From: a virus
Lineage: Duplodnaviria; Caudoviricetes
Virus record (IMG/VR): IMGVR_UViG_3300032280_000411
Coordinates: 1 to 44,875 of that record
Reading direction: 5' to 3' (one strand)
Length of the DNA: 44,875 nt
The notes below the pieces were generated by a model, which was given only the letters and a program-made list of their open reading frames with translations, had not been told where the DNA came from and did no database searches. Positions 18,244-26,677 of this stretch are shown here, piece by piece. Made by a program: the position numbers and the translations under genes. Position 1 is the stretch's first letter; each line of letters begins with the position of its first letter.

Positions 18244-18641
18244 GTGTGGTGTGTGGGGGTGGTGTGATTGACATTGATATGTTGGTTCGTCTCGAAAAGA
18301 AGGCCACTCCAGGACCTTGGGCGTATGACATGGGTAATTGGGAGGTTGAAAAAGAAGACGGGAGAAATCCTGTTTGTCTGACAAACAACCACGGTGATGA
18401 CGATATAGAAAGACTTGGATATGGACATGATGATGGCGAGTTTATAGCTTCCATGCGTAACTCAATTAATGAACTATTGGCTGTTTATTTAGATGCTAAA
18501 CACTTGTCTGATAATCTTGAGACTTGGTACTTACTTCCTGATGGAAAACAACACCTAAAGCTTGCTATGAAGGGTCTTCGTGAATCACTGGATAAGCTTA
18601 GTGGTGGTGGGGTGTGGTGGAATACAACATGCAAATTATAA
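18219..18641 (+). CDS. Ead/Ea22-like protein (true start probably a downstream GTG)
   Basis: KKATPGPW...DGEFIASMRN motif. Confidence 0.7.
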   Translation: MEGILTEVSVVCGGGVIDIDMLVRLEKKATPGPWAYDMGNWEVEKEDGRNPVCLTNNHGDDDIERLGYGHDDGEFIASMRNSINELLAVYLDAKHLSDNLETWYLLPDGKQHLKLAMKGLRESLDKLSGGGVWWNTTCKL

Positions 18642-18757
18642 AATGTGTATGCGCACGCGCCCACGCCCCCGCGCGCGCCTGTGTGTGCAAGCCCGTGATC
18701 GTGACAGCCAATGAAATCAGCAGGTTACGGCACAACGCTAGCATACATTGGTAGGTA

Positions 18758-18859
18758 ACGTGCTAACAAATCCTGTGGTCTATAGCGTATAAGCCTCTGA
18801 TAATATTCCCGATAATTTGACCGATGCCAGTAACTAGTAACGACTAGTAACGGTAGACT
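18758..18859 (-). promoter_or_regulatory. Inverted att-like half site: arm repeats, IHF-like site and core half-site
   Basis: 18852..18835 (minus) CGTTACTAGTCGTTACTA is identical to 30672-30689; TATCAGAGGCTTA (minus, 18802..18790); CACAGGATTT (minus, 18777..18768) versus CGCAGGATTT at 30745. Confidence 0.65.
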
Positions 18860-18973
18860 ATTTCCCGATTTTTCCCGCCTGTTTATTTCTTTAAAATCTT
18901 TCTACCCCTTTTAAACCTTGTGCAAACAAGGCTAGGCTTATTCACGTTTCGGAGTATTCCTGAAAATATTTGC

Positions 18974-19002
18974 TTGACAGAGCGCAGGATATTGTTTACT
19001 AG
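18974..19002 (+). promoter_or_regulatory. Sigma70-type early promoter
   Basis: TTGACA-N17-TACTAG upstream of ardC, with AT-rich upstream sequence. Confidence 0.6.
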
Positions 19003-19050
19003 TCCGCTCACGAAAAGGCAATTATGCCACAAAATAACATGAGGGAAACA

Positions 19051-19926
19051 ATGAAAGCCGATGAAGTTTTAGAGAAATTACTCGACAAAATGAAGGGCCA
19101 GTCATGGCAAAAAACGTGGACAAGCTTAGCAAGTGGACAAGCTAACCATACCACTCGCAAGCTTTACCGAGGAGCTAACCAAGCTATCCTATCGCTTGAG
19201 TCAGCTGATAAAGGTTACACATCAGGTCACTGGGTAACTTACAAGCAAGCTCAAGAGCTAGGCGGACAGGTCAAAAAAGGCGAGAAGGGTACTCAGATAG
19301 TTTTCTTTTCTGTCAAAGAGAGAGAGACCGAAACGAGTGAAGGAACTGAGACCGAGAAGTTTGGCTTTTGGAAGGTTTACACTGTTTTCGCTTTAGAGCA
19401 AACAACGCTCCCACAATTGACTGTTAAGACTCTGCCTATAACTAGCGAAAAGCTTAATATTACAGTCTCAGGCATGGAAGTTATACACAACGCAGGCATA
19501 ACAACGCCACACGTCAAAACTAGCGACTTCAAGGTATACATGCCACTAGTTGAGCAATTTATTTCCAAGGCTGAGTACTTGGGTACGCTATTCCATGAGG
19601 CTATACACTGGACTGGGAGACCTGCTGGCCTCAATCGGGAATGTCTCCAGTTATATTCTCAATCGATAGCCTACCGTGCAAAAGAGGAAGTCATAGCCGA
19701 GCTAGGTAGCTGTCTACTTGCTGCAAGGCATAACACTGGGTTCACTCAGACAGCTGAGAATAACGCTAGCTATATCGAGGGCTGGCTCAAGTCAGCAAAA
19801 GCGAAGGACTTGCGCGAGTACCTATCAGCTGCACAAAAGGCTTGTGATTATGTTTCCGAGCGTTTGACGCTATCCTTCGGCACTCAGGAGCAACAAACAA
19901 AAGATCAAAAAACTGTGAATTTTTGA
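19051..19926 (+). CDS. ardC: ArdC-family antirestriction / ssDNA-binding protein with zincin-like domain
   Basis: W.KTW, YRGANQAIL, WVTYKQAQELGGQVKKGEKG, YTVF..EQT, TLFHEAIHWTG, EEVIAELGS, ASYIEGWL. Confidence 0.9.
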   Translation: MKADEVLEKLLDKMKGQSWQKTWTSLASGQANHTTRKLYRGANQAILSLESADKGYTSGHWVTYKQAQELGGQVKKGEKGTQIVFFSVKERETETSEGTETEKFGFWKVYTVFALEQTTLPQLTVKTLPITSEKLNITVSGMEVIHNAGITTPHVKTSDFKVYMPLVEQFISKAEYLGTLFHEAIHWTGRPAGLNRECLQLYSQSIAYRAKEEVIAELGSCLLAARHNTGFTQTAENNASYIEGWLKSAKAKDLREYLSAAQKACDYVSERLTLSFGTQEQQTKDQKTVNF

Positions 19927-19980
19927 CTTGTGTGTATCCAAGTATTCAACTATATACTTTTAATAACAGGAGAGACCATC

Positions 19981-20214
19981 ATGACCATTAGACAAGCAAC
20001 ACTAGACGGCAAGCGAATAGCCTACACCGATCAAACCGACTTCATTGTGCAAGTCGGCAAGGGCAAGGGTAGCTATCGGACTCGGTATAAATTTACCGGA
20101 GACCTATCAAGCGCAGTCTTTCACTTCAATTGTCTGAATATCGGCAACGGTTACAAGAAACGACTTCTTGCACCTGCCTTCAATAAACCATTACTCGCAC
20201 GTCAATTTTCTTAA
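19981..20214 (+). CDS. Early hypothetical protein (basic)
   Basis: AGGAG RBS before ATG 19981. Confidence 0.7.
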   Translation: MTIRQATLDGKRIAYTDQTDFIVQVGKGKGSYRTRYKFTGDLSSAVFHFNCLNIGNGYKKRLLAPAFNKPLLARQFS

Positions 20215-20227
20215 GGGAGGGATAAAC

Positions 20228-20437
20228 ATGTCTAACACTGAGTGGCTAATTAAAAACGGGTTCGAGGCAAATTTAGTATCAATTTTGAACTATCACGAGA
20301 GTCAAGGAGGCGACGATTGCGCTTGTATCTCAGACAGCGCTTGGGACTGGCAAAATCAAAAGTCTATGTCTTATGACGATAGCTTTTACGACTACGACGA
20401 CACACCTGACAGCTATCTAGGAGAGTGGCCATGCTAA
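20228..20437 (+). CDS. Early acidic hypothetical protein
   Basis: GGGAGG RBS; 14 D/E versus 2 K in 69 aa. Confidence 0.65.
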   Translation: MSNTEWLIKNGFEANLVSILNYHESQGGDDCACISDSAWDWQNQKSMSYDDSFYDYDDTPDSYLGEWPC

Positions 20438-20739
20438 TTTCAAGCTATACATGCGAGGACGCAATCGAAGACGGGTCTCTATATCACGTCTACCCTGATA
20501 AATTCCCTTGGCTATTGGTGTCTGCAAACGTGTTTATCAGCTGTCAGACTAACGGTGAATTGCAAGACACTAAACTAATCCCTCTGATTATGGACGCCCA
20601 TTTTTTAGCGAGTGGACCTAAAGGTTATAGAGACCTCGACGACTTTCCTATTCTGCTAAAAAACACGGTGGCGGGTGATGTTTACGTCTCCCCTAACGAA
20701 AAAAACGGATTAACTATTTTTACACCTCAAGAATATTAA
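20425..20739 (+). CDS. Early hypothetical protein
   Basis: AGGAG RBS; N-terminal ISSYT..AIEDG.L and C-terminal TIFTPQEY resemble small plasmid/phage leading-region proteins. Confidence 0.65.
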   Translation: MAMLISSYTCEDAIEDGSLYHVYPDKFPWLLVSANVFISCQTNGELQDTKLIPLIMDAHFLASGPKGYRDLDDFPILLKNTVAGDVYVSPNEKNGLTIFTPQEY

Positions 20740-20753
20740 ATGGAGCTAACACA

Positions 20754-21032
20754 ATGAACTACTTCGACTACCTAGACAGCACCGGATACATATTAGCAAC
20801 CGACTTACCAGAAGACTGCATATCAGACTGCTCAGCACAGGGCAGTGTTGACGAGGCCGTTGAATATTGGGTTAAGCAATTAGACTTTGAAGCACCCGAG
20901 CAAAATGTAAAAGAATATTTGGGATGTTTCGGAGCATGGGACGATTACGAACTATCAGATCACGATAGCAACCTGCAACGTCTACTCTGGTTAGTTTGCT
21001 GTGACCTTAAGGAAGAAAGGAAAGCAATATGA
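20754..21032 (+). CDS. Early highly acidic protein (DNA-mimic candidate)
   Basis: GGAG RBS; 21 D/E versus 6 K/R in 92 aa. Confidence 0.7.
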   Translation: MNYFDYLDSTGYILATDLPEDCISDCSAQGSVDEAVEYWVKQLDFEAPEQNVKEYLGCFGAWDDYELSDHDSNLQRLLWLVCCDLKEERKAI

Positions 21033-21235
21033 GCCGACTAACGATAATGGACAAGATTAACGATTTACTTAAAGACAACGAAAAAATATTGGAGGACATA
21101 GCCTATATGTTGTCAGACATGGATGAACACAAAGCCACAAAAATAGAACGACGCATCATGTATAAATTGGAGCGGGAAGGGTATGGAATACTAAAAGAAG
21201 AAGACGGGCGATTTTTTTATTTTTACCCATTTTAA
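21029..21235 (+). CDS. Hypothetical protein
   Basis: ATGA coupling. Confidence 0.65.
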   Translation: MSRLTIMDKINDLLKDNEKILEDIAYMLSDMDEHKATKIERRIMYKLEREGYGILKEEDGRFFYFYPF

Positions 21236-21253
21236 CCAAGGAATGACAGCACA

Positions 21254-21418
21254 ATGAAAAATTATTATGTAGTCGTCGATAACGAAGGACCATGGATATG
21301 CGCAGATAGCTATAGTCCTGACGACGAGCTGATTTTAGAAACGACTGATTTATTTGAGGCTGAGAGATGCCTTGGCCGATTATGTGAGGCTTGGGATTTC
21401 AATGAAAATGGCAAATAA
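21254..21418 (+). CDS. Small acidic protein (54 aa; not in the ORF track)
   Basis: MKNYYVVVDNEGPWICADSYSPDDELILETTDLFEAERCLGRLCEAWDFNENGK; AAGGA upstream. Confidence 0.6.
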   Translation: MKNYYVVVDNEGPWICADSYSPDDELILETTDLFEAERCLGRLCEAWDFNENGK

Positions 21419-21479
21419 TTACCATATTTTTTTTCTTTGTAATCATCGTGTTATACGATTGTGCTAAAGCCATGCAATA

Positions 21480-21719
21480 TTGTTCGATATGAATGAATGG
21501 GCTATGAAAAATAACATACGCAAATTTCGCCGAGAGCTAGGGCTTTCCCAGAGACAACTAGCCGAGGCAGTGGGGACATCTCAGCAGCAGATACAACGAA
21601 TCGAAAACGGTCTGCATCGTGTTGATCTAGTAACAGCCACACAAATTTGTGTTAAGTTGAAGAAGACAATCGAAGAAACATTCCCAGAGTTGAAACTGAT
21701 TGATAAAAAGGACAGCTAA
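21480..21719 (+). CDS. XRE-family HTH transcriptional regulator (no peptidase domain)
   Basis: IRKFRRELGLSQRQLAEAVGTSQQQIQRIENG; start may be ATG 21489 or 21504. Confidence 0.9.
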   Translation: MFDMNEWAMKNNIRKFRRELGLSQRQLAEAVGTSQQQIQRIENGLHRVDLVTATQICVKLKKTIEETFPELKLIDKKDS

Positions 21720-21721
21720 GA

Positions 21722-22186
21722 ATGGCTCAAAATCCGCATATAAACCCTAAGTTTAGGAAGCCGCAAGGTAAGATACAGTTTCGTGCTGACAAAGCACTTG
21801 TGCAGGTACTCGACAAGCTTGCATACGATGCAATCCCCAATGGCCTTGGTGATCCACCGACCAAATCGGAAGTAGCTAGAGCCTTAGTGGAGCAAGCAGC
21901 AAAGGGATTAGCTGGACGGGTGGCATGGATGCTACCTGTTATGCCCACGGATAAGCAGATCAAATTAGCGGCAAAGGCTGGTTATGAGTTAAGCATTATC
22001 CCGATAAAAAGTGAGCAGATGGATGTAAACTTTGACCAAATCGAGGAAGCCTTTGCAAATGTTTGTGCGATCCATCCATGGCATGTTATAAATTGTGTTA
22101 AGAGAGGATTGACGATCCTCATTTTTGAGAATGATTCTCTATATGTATACCATGGTCACGGCTTAGTTCGTAGGTATACCAAATGA
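21722..22186 (+). CDS. Protein with N-terminal ribbon-helix-helix-like domain
   Basis: KIQFRADKALVQVLDKLA...TKSEVARALVEQ pattern. Confidence 0.6.
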   Translation: MAQNPHINPKFRKPQGKIQFRADKALVQVLDKLAYDAIPNGLGDPPTKSEVARALVEQAAKGLAGRVAWMLPVMPTDKQIKLAAKAGYELSIIPIKSEQMDVNFDQIEEAFANVCAIHPWHVINCVKRGLTILIFENDSLYVYHGHGLVRRYTK

Positions 22187-22199
22187 TACCAAGGAATAT

Positions 22200-22457
22200 A
22201 TGGGTCAAAATAAAAGGATTAACTTAGGCGGGTCCACTCTTACCAGTACAGGTGCTAACTGGGTATCTGTACGCCTACCTAAGAATTACCTTGAAGCCCT
22301 TGGCCTAGTCACTGGCATGAACGTCGAATGCCTAGCCTTTACCGATCCCCTAGAAATAATCATCCGACCTAGAATATCTGACGCTGTAACTTGTGCAGGT
22401 TACATCGATCAGTGCCTTGAGCGTTCAGCCTGGGGGTTAGTCGATGGCGGGGATTAA
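22200..22457 (+). CDS. AbrB/MazE-like swapped-hairpin DNA-binding protein
   Basis: STGANWVSVRLPKNYLEALGLVTGMNVEC...EIIIRP. Confidence 0.65.
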   Translation: MGQNKRINLGGSTLTSTGANWVSVRLPKNYLEALGLVTGMNVECLAFTDPLEIIIRPRISDAVTCAGYIDQCLERSAWGLVDGGD

Positions 22458-22890
22458 ACGTCTGAACTTAGTGACCGAACCAACGTCACGAGAGAAACAA
22501 GAAAAGAAAAAAGTATGGGGTTCAAAGTACAGTGCTGACACCGACAAGGTATCAAAGTCTGACAGTGTAGACGTACCTGACCGCATGGAAGTAGTGTTTC
22601 GAGAGAACCCTATGCACCGTTGGTTATGCCTTACACCAAAGGAATGGAATCAACACGTAGGCTACTGGGTAGGTATTCCAGTGACGCTAGAAAAAACTAA
22701 GATTGATCCATTCGAGTATCAGTTTGTGCTTGATCGTGTTTCACAGATTGCACTTTGTTCTCAGCCACGCAGCATGACAATCAAGTCGCCTTACTTGAGC
22801 ATGGGAAAATTATCTCGTGCTGATCACGTGCAGATTTCAAAAGTGATGGCTAAAATTTTGTTTGATCCGAGCATAGCCGACACGTTGTAA
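22444..22890 (+). CDS. Hypothetical protein
   Basis: GGGGG RBS; last gene before a terminator. Confidence 0.65.
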   Translation: MAGIKRLNLVTEPTSREKQEKKKVWGSKYSADTDKVSKSDSVDVPDRMEVVFRENPMHRWLCLTPKEWNQHVGYWVGIPVTLEKTKIDPFEYQFVLDRVSQIALCSQPRSMTIKSPYLSMGKLSRADHVQISKVMAKILFDPSIADTL

Positions 22891-22912
22891 GCAAAAAAAA
22901 TAAACAGATATT

Positions 22913-22944
22913 GCCGAAGTTCTAAACAGAATTTCGGTTTTTTT
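22913..22944 (+). terminator. Rho-independent terminator ending the early operon
   Basis: GCCGAAGTTCT-AAAC-AGAATTTCGGT followed by a T-run. Confidence 0.8.
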
Positions 22945-23031
22945 ATTTCTCGGTTGACCTCTCACGTCTCGACTAGTAAACGCTATCCCGCTCACATGTA
23001 CATCTTATCGGATTTATTGCTATCAATGGCG

Positions 23032-23061
23032 GACTATTGTTGACTATTGCAACCTATTGTT
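23032..23061 (+). repeat. Triple 10-bp tandem repeat (CTATTG core)
   Basis: GACTATTGTT GACTATTGCA ACCTATTGTT. Confidence 0.7.
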
Positions 23062-23088
23062 ATCACTCACTTTTTGTGAATTTTGCCG

Positions 23089-23117
23089 TTGACATGCCAA
23101 TCTATACCGGACATGAT
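23089..23117 (+). promoter_or_regulatory. Sigma70-type promoter of the replication operon
   Basis: TTGACA-N17-CATGAT. Confidence 0.65.
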
Positions 23118-23163
23118 GCGACTAGTGAAATCAATCCCTACTTATGTTTATCGGAGGCACATC

Positions 23164-23892
23164 ATGGCTACCTATCGCACTCACGGTTACGTTGTTTTCG
23201 ACATCGAGACAGCCGCCGGACCACAGGCAGACGAGTACTGGGCTAAGAAAAAGATCAAGGCACCTAGCAACTGGAAAGACGAAGAAAAGATCAAAGCTCA
23301 CGAAGCTGAAAAAAGGCTAGAGCTACGGGACAAGTCAGGTCTCTATCCATGGACAGCGGTGGTCACGACCATTGTTGCAAAGGACAAGGATGGACTTCAC
23401 AGGTTCTATGGCAATGACGAGAAGACTGTACTCGTCAACTTTGGTGACTACGTTTCCAGCCTTGAAGCCAGGTACGGCAAGGTTCAGCTTATCGGTAAGA
23501 ACGCTAGAAACTTTGACGTGCCATTCCTAGTAGGTCGATACCTGGCTCATGACCTCGGTGTCCCCTACTCGATTAAGCCTACCCAAGAGCCGAGAGATAT
23601 CGACGAGTGCTTTGGATACTCAAGCCAGTCAATCCGTGGAAGCCTTAGTGACTATGCTTTTATGCTCGGTATCAAAGGCAAGACCAGTCACGGAAGCAAT
23701 GCTCAAGCCATGTATGACGCCACTGCCCTTGATGACAGCAAGTGGGATGAGCTTGTCGAGTATTGCGCTCAGGACGTGATGATTACCCACGAGTTTCTTG
23801 AGCGTTACATGAAAACATTTCAGCCAACATCTGTAGCCGAGCGCAAGCTCGTTATCGATAACACAACCAACATAGCGGAGATCCCATTCTAA
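23164..23892 (+). CDS. DEDDy 3'-5' exonuclease (PolB/DnaQ-like, standalone)
   Basis: GGAGG RBS; ExoI VFDIET, ExoII GKNARNFDVPFL, ExoIII YCAQDV. Confidence 0.88.
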   Translation: MATYRTHGYVVFDIETAAGPQADEYWAKKKIKAPSNWKDEEKIKAHEAEKRLELRDKSGLYPWTAVVTTIVAKDKDGLHRFYGNDEKTVLVNFGDYVSSLEARYGKVQLIGKNARNFDVPFLVGRYLAHDLGVPYSIKPTQEPRDIDECFGYSSQSIRGSLSDYAFMLGIKGKTSHGSNAQAMYDATALDDSKWDELVEYCAQDVMITHEFLERYMKTFQPTSVAERKLVIDNTTNIAEIPF

Positions 23893-24119
23893 TGAGCGAA
23901 GCATTACCCCCACTAACCAAAGAGCGTTATCTCAATAACGAAGACCTCGCAAAAATATTGGACTGTTCTCTGCAAACTGTAGCAAGGCTGACCAAAAAAG
24001 GAATATTGCCTGAACCAAATCGCTTTAGTCGCAAGATGGTTCGTTGGCGTGAGAGTGATGTCACTAGATTTTTAATGGAAAGGCACAACCATGACGCTTC
24101 TATTTCCAAAGACTACTAA
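23892..24119 (+). CDS. AlpA/Xis-like excisionase (recombination directionality factor)
   Basis: YLNNEDLAKILDCSLQTVARLTKKGILPEP...VRWRESDVTRFL. Confidence 0.85.
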   Translation: MSEALPPLTKERYLNNEDLAKILDCSLQTVARLTKKGILPEPNRFSRKMVRWRESDVTRFLMERHNHDASISKDY

Positions 24120-24840
24120 GAAGAAATCTTTTAGCCAGACTAACAGTCTACTCTATGGCTTTCCCAAGTCAGGTAAGACTCAGTTCGGTAGCAAGATTAC
24201 GTTTGACGGTAAAGAACCACTATTCATCATGACTGAAGACGGCGAGGGTATACATGAAATCTCAAAGGCTCGTGTTAAAGACTGGTCTAGCTTCTGCAAG
24301 CTCGTCGATCTACTCGAAAGTAAAGCTAAGGAAGTCAAAGACCAATATTGTTGTCTCGTCATTGACCTCGTTAGTGACCTTGATGTGTGGGCGGCTGAGT
24401 GGGTGGCTAAGGCTAACCAAGTCACCCATATCTCTGACCTCAGCTTTGGCAAAGGATTCAACCTCCATAAAGAAGAGTTTAGAAAACAGGTCACCCGCCT
24501 TATGGCAATACTACCTTGCCTCTTCATTGCTCACACGAGCGAGAAAGAAGTCAACATCCAAGGCACTCCTGTCAAAGTTCAGGCACCAACCTTAAGCGGA
24601 CGAGCACTTGAGTTTATCAACGGCAAGGTGGACACAATCATGTTCATCAAGCCTGCCAGTGGTGAGCGTGAAGGTAGCATTGTCATTCAGCCAAGCACAT
24701 TAGCCATGACAGGTTCACGTTATCCACAGTTAATCGGTGAACATGCCTACTCTGGTAAGGACGCTGATCTAGTCTTTAAAAAATTAGAAGCTTTGTTCAA
24801 CAAGGAAGAAACAAAAACTAAGGAGAGTAAAAATGTTTGA
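24091..24840 (+). CDS. Sak4-like AAA ATPase (ssDNA-annealing recombinase)
   Basis: LLYGFPKSGKT Walker A, TEDG, VIDLV Walker B, FGKGF, FIAH. Confidence 0.82.
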   Translation: MTLLFPKTTKKKSFSQTNSLLYGFPKSGKTQFGSKITFDGKEPLFIMTEDGEGIHEISKARVKDWSSFCKLVDLLESKAKEVKDQYCCLVIDLVSDLDVWAAEWVAKANQVTHISDLSFGKGFNLHKEEFRKQVTRLMAILPCLFIAHTSEKEVNIQGTPVKVQAPTLSGRALEFINGKVDTIMFIKPASGEREGSIVIQPSTLAMTGSRYPQLIGEHAYSGKDADLVFKKLEALFNKEETKTKESKNV

Positions 24841-25231
24841 GTGTTTTGACGTAGCCGATGTGCTTAAGAGTGTTGAAGGTAAGGTGTACCCAAAGAACGA
24901 GGTGGTCGAGTTTACCATCAAGGAAGTTAAAGAGAACAAGAAGTATGCAAACGTAACGGTATCTTGCCTAGACAAAGATGGAAGCCCATATACTTTCATG
25001 TTCGGCACCAGTACCCCCTCAAAAAAGAAACAGATCATTGCTTTCTTAAGCGCCTTCTTCACACGAGAACAGCTTATTGCCAAGACATCAAACCCTGTCG
25101 AACTTGTCGGTCAACGCTTTGAAGCTAAGTCGGATGGTCAGAGAGAGTGGGAAGGTAAACAGTACCAACAATGGTCAGACAAGTACCGCAAGGTTGACAC
25201 GATAGCTAGTGCTGAAGAGTTCACTTCATAA
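24833..25231 (+). CDS. Putative single-stranded DNA-binding protein
   Basis: Follows Sak4; OB-fold-like beta pattern; acidic/aromatic C-terminus (AEEFTS). Confidence 0.6.
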   Translation: MFECFDVADVLKSVEGKVYPKNEVVEFTIKEVKENKKYANVTVSCLDKDGSPYTFMFGTSTPSKKKQIIAFLSAFFTREQLIAKTSNPVELVGQRFEAKSDGQREWEGKQYQQWSDKYRKVDTIASAEEFTS

Positions 25232-25244
25232 CACCGAGGACAAC

Positions 25245-26243
25245 GTGACACACAGGTACTTCTCATGGATAGAGGACGGTCGCTGGCAGGGTAATTGCCT
25301 TCTGTCTAACCAGCAGATAGGCAACCTACTTCAGCAGTTTAAGTGGAGGCATCAAGCCTTTGCTTCGATTCAAAAGTATGACAGTGACGGCAAGATTATT
25401 TCATGCCCACTTTACTTAGACATCGACGGTGACAGCAAGGAAGGTATCACTGCTTTAAAGATGGCACAGTCGGTAGTGAGCGAGATCGAGTCGGCTTATA
25501 ATGTAATACCGGACATCTTTTTCAGTGGCAACAAGGGCTATCACATAGTTCTACCTGTGGATATCGAACACCCTCAGTGTCACTACGTTGCTCTTACCAT
25601 GGTGCAAGGTATGGGCTGTGCTGGATACACCAACATCGACCGTAACGTGTATACCAGTAGACGTATGTGGCGGGTCAACAAGTCCCCTGCTAGTAAGCCT
25701 GGGTTCTATAAGATAAGGCTGACCAAGCAAGAGCTGTTTGACCATGGCACTGATGAACATAGACAGTTCTCTCAAAGCAACGCAACCGAAGCTAAGAGTG
25801 AATATAATCCTTCTTCTCTTGATGCAGCAAGGTGGAAGGAAGACCTAGAACGTGCGCTCTCACAGTTTAAAAGGAAGACTGACGAGTACTCCCTGGCTAA
25901 GACTGTTGATCGCAAGGCTAGGCCATGGACACCCTGCCTCGAAAGTTTAATGACGACGCCTGCTGAAAACGGTGAGCGTGGTACGACGAGCTTTCTTCTT
26001 GGCAGGTGGTTCATGCAAGCGGGTACTGACGAAGAAACCGCACTAAAAGAATTTCTAAATCATAAGCACTGGTCAGACTTTGAAGACGATGAGCGTGGCA
26101 TTAGCAAGATGCTTAGGTCTCTCTACAAGCAAGGTCGTATCCCAACGCTGGGATGTAAGTACCCAAGCAGTGACCGTGACCTGATGAAAAGACATTGCGA
26201 CATGCTGTGTCACTACAACGACGATTGGAACTTGTTTGTATGA
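25245..26243 (+). CDS. AEP-superfamily primase(-polymerase) with C-terminal Cys-rich PriL-like domain
   Basis: LYLDID (motif I), FFSGNKGYH (motif II), IDRNVY..RRMWR (motif III); PC...GC...C...C; GAGGA RBS before the GTG. Confidence 0.85.
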   Translation: MTHRYFSWIEDGRWQGNCLLSNQQIGNLLQQFKWRHQAFASIQKYDSDGKIISCPLYLDIDGDSKEGITALKMAQSVVSEIESAYNVIPDIFFSGNKGYHIVLPVDIEHPQCHYVALTMVQGMGCAGYTNIDRNVYTSRRMWRVNKSPASKPGFYKIRLTKQELFDHGTDEHRQFSQSNATEAKSEYNPSSLDAARWKEDLERALSQFKRKTDEYSLAKTVDRKARPWTPCLESLMTTPAENGERGTTSFLLGRWFMQAGTDEETALKEFLNHKHWSDFEDDERGISKMLRSLYKQGRIPTLGCKYPSSDRDLMKRHCDMLCHYNDDWNLFV

Positions 26244-26677
26244 ACATCTACAAGCCCCTAAGAGGTGGACTTATCAGGGCTTTCTGTGCAAGGACGAGGG
26301 TTAGGCCAATGGCTAGACCACGCCTTGTCGGTAAGAAAATATATCAGCCAGACAATTGCCCAGAGCTGACAGCTTTACTAGCAGCCGAGGTGCAAGGCAT
26401 GGCGATTGAAAGACCTGTCATGGTGGACATCAACATTCACTACGAAGGCGTGACAAAAAATAACATATGGCCAATCAGTCAGACGATTGGTGACGAGGAC
26501 AATCTAAGGAAGTCGGTCAATGACTCTTTAGTAAAGGCAGGAGTGCTTCAAGATGACAGGTTCATTATCGGTGGAGAAACCACAAAGATATTTGCAGGAG
26601 ACGACTACGTGTGGATATTCGTCTACGATCTTGCAGATGAAATCGACTGCTTCAAAGTCGGAGGGGTTCACGCTTAG
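26240..26677 (+). CDS. rusA: RusA-like Holliday junction resolvase
   Basis: ARPR, GDEDNLRKSVNDSL...DDRFI...K motif. Confidence 0.85.
   Translation: MNIYKPLRGGLIRAFCARTRVRPMARPRLVGKKIYQPDNCPELTALLAAEVQGMAIERPVMVDINIHYEGVTKNNIWPISQTIGDEDNLRKSVNDSLVKAGVLQDDRFIIGGETTKIFAGDDYVWIFVYDLADEIDCFKVGGVHA

Noticed and set aside
18243-18620. G/T-rich tracts at both ends of the Ead-like gene as G-quadruplexes or mobile-element ends
   Set aside because: They are only loosely similar, mostly GG runs, and explained by Gly/Val codons; no exact repeat
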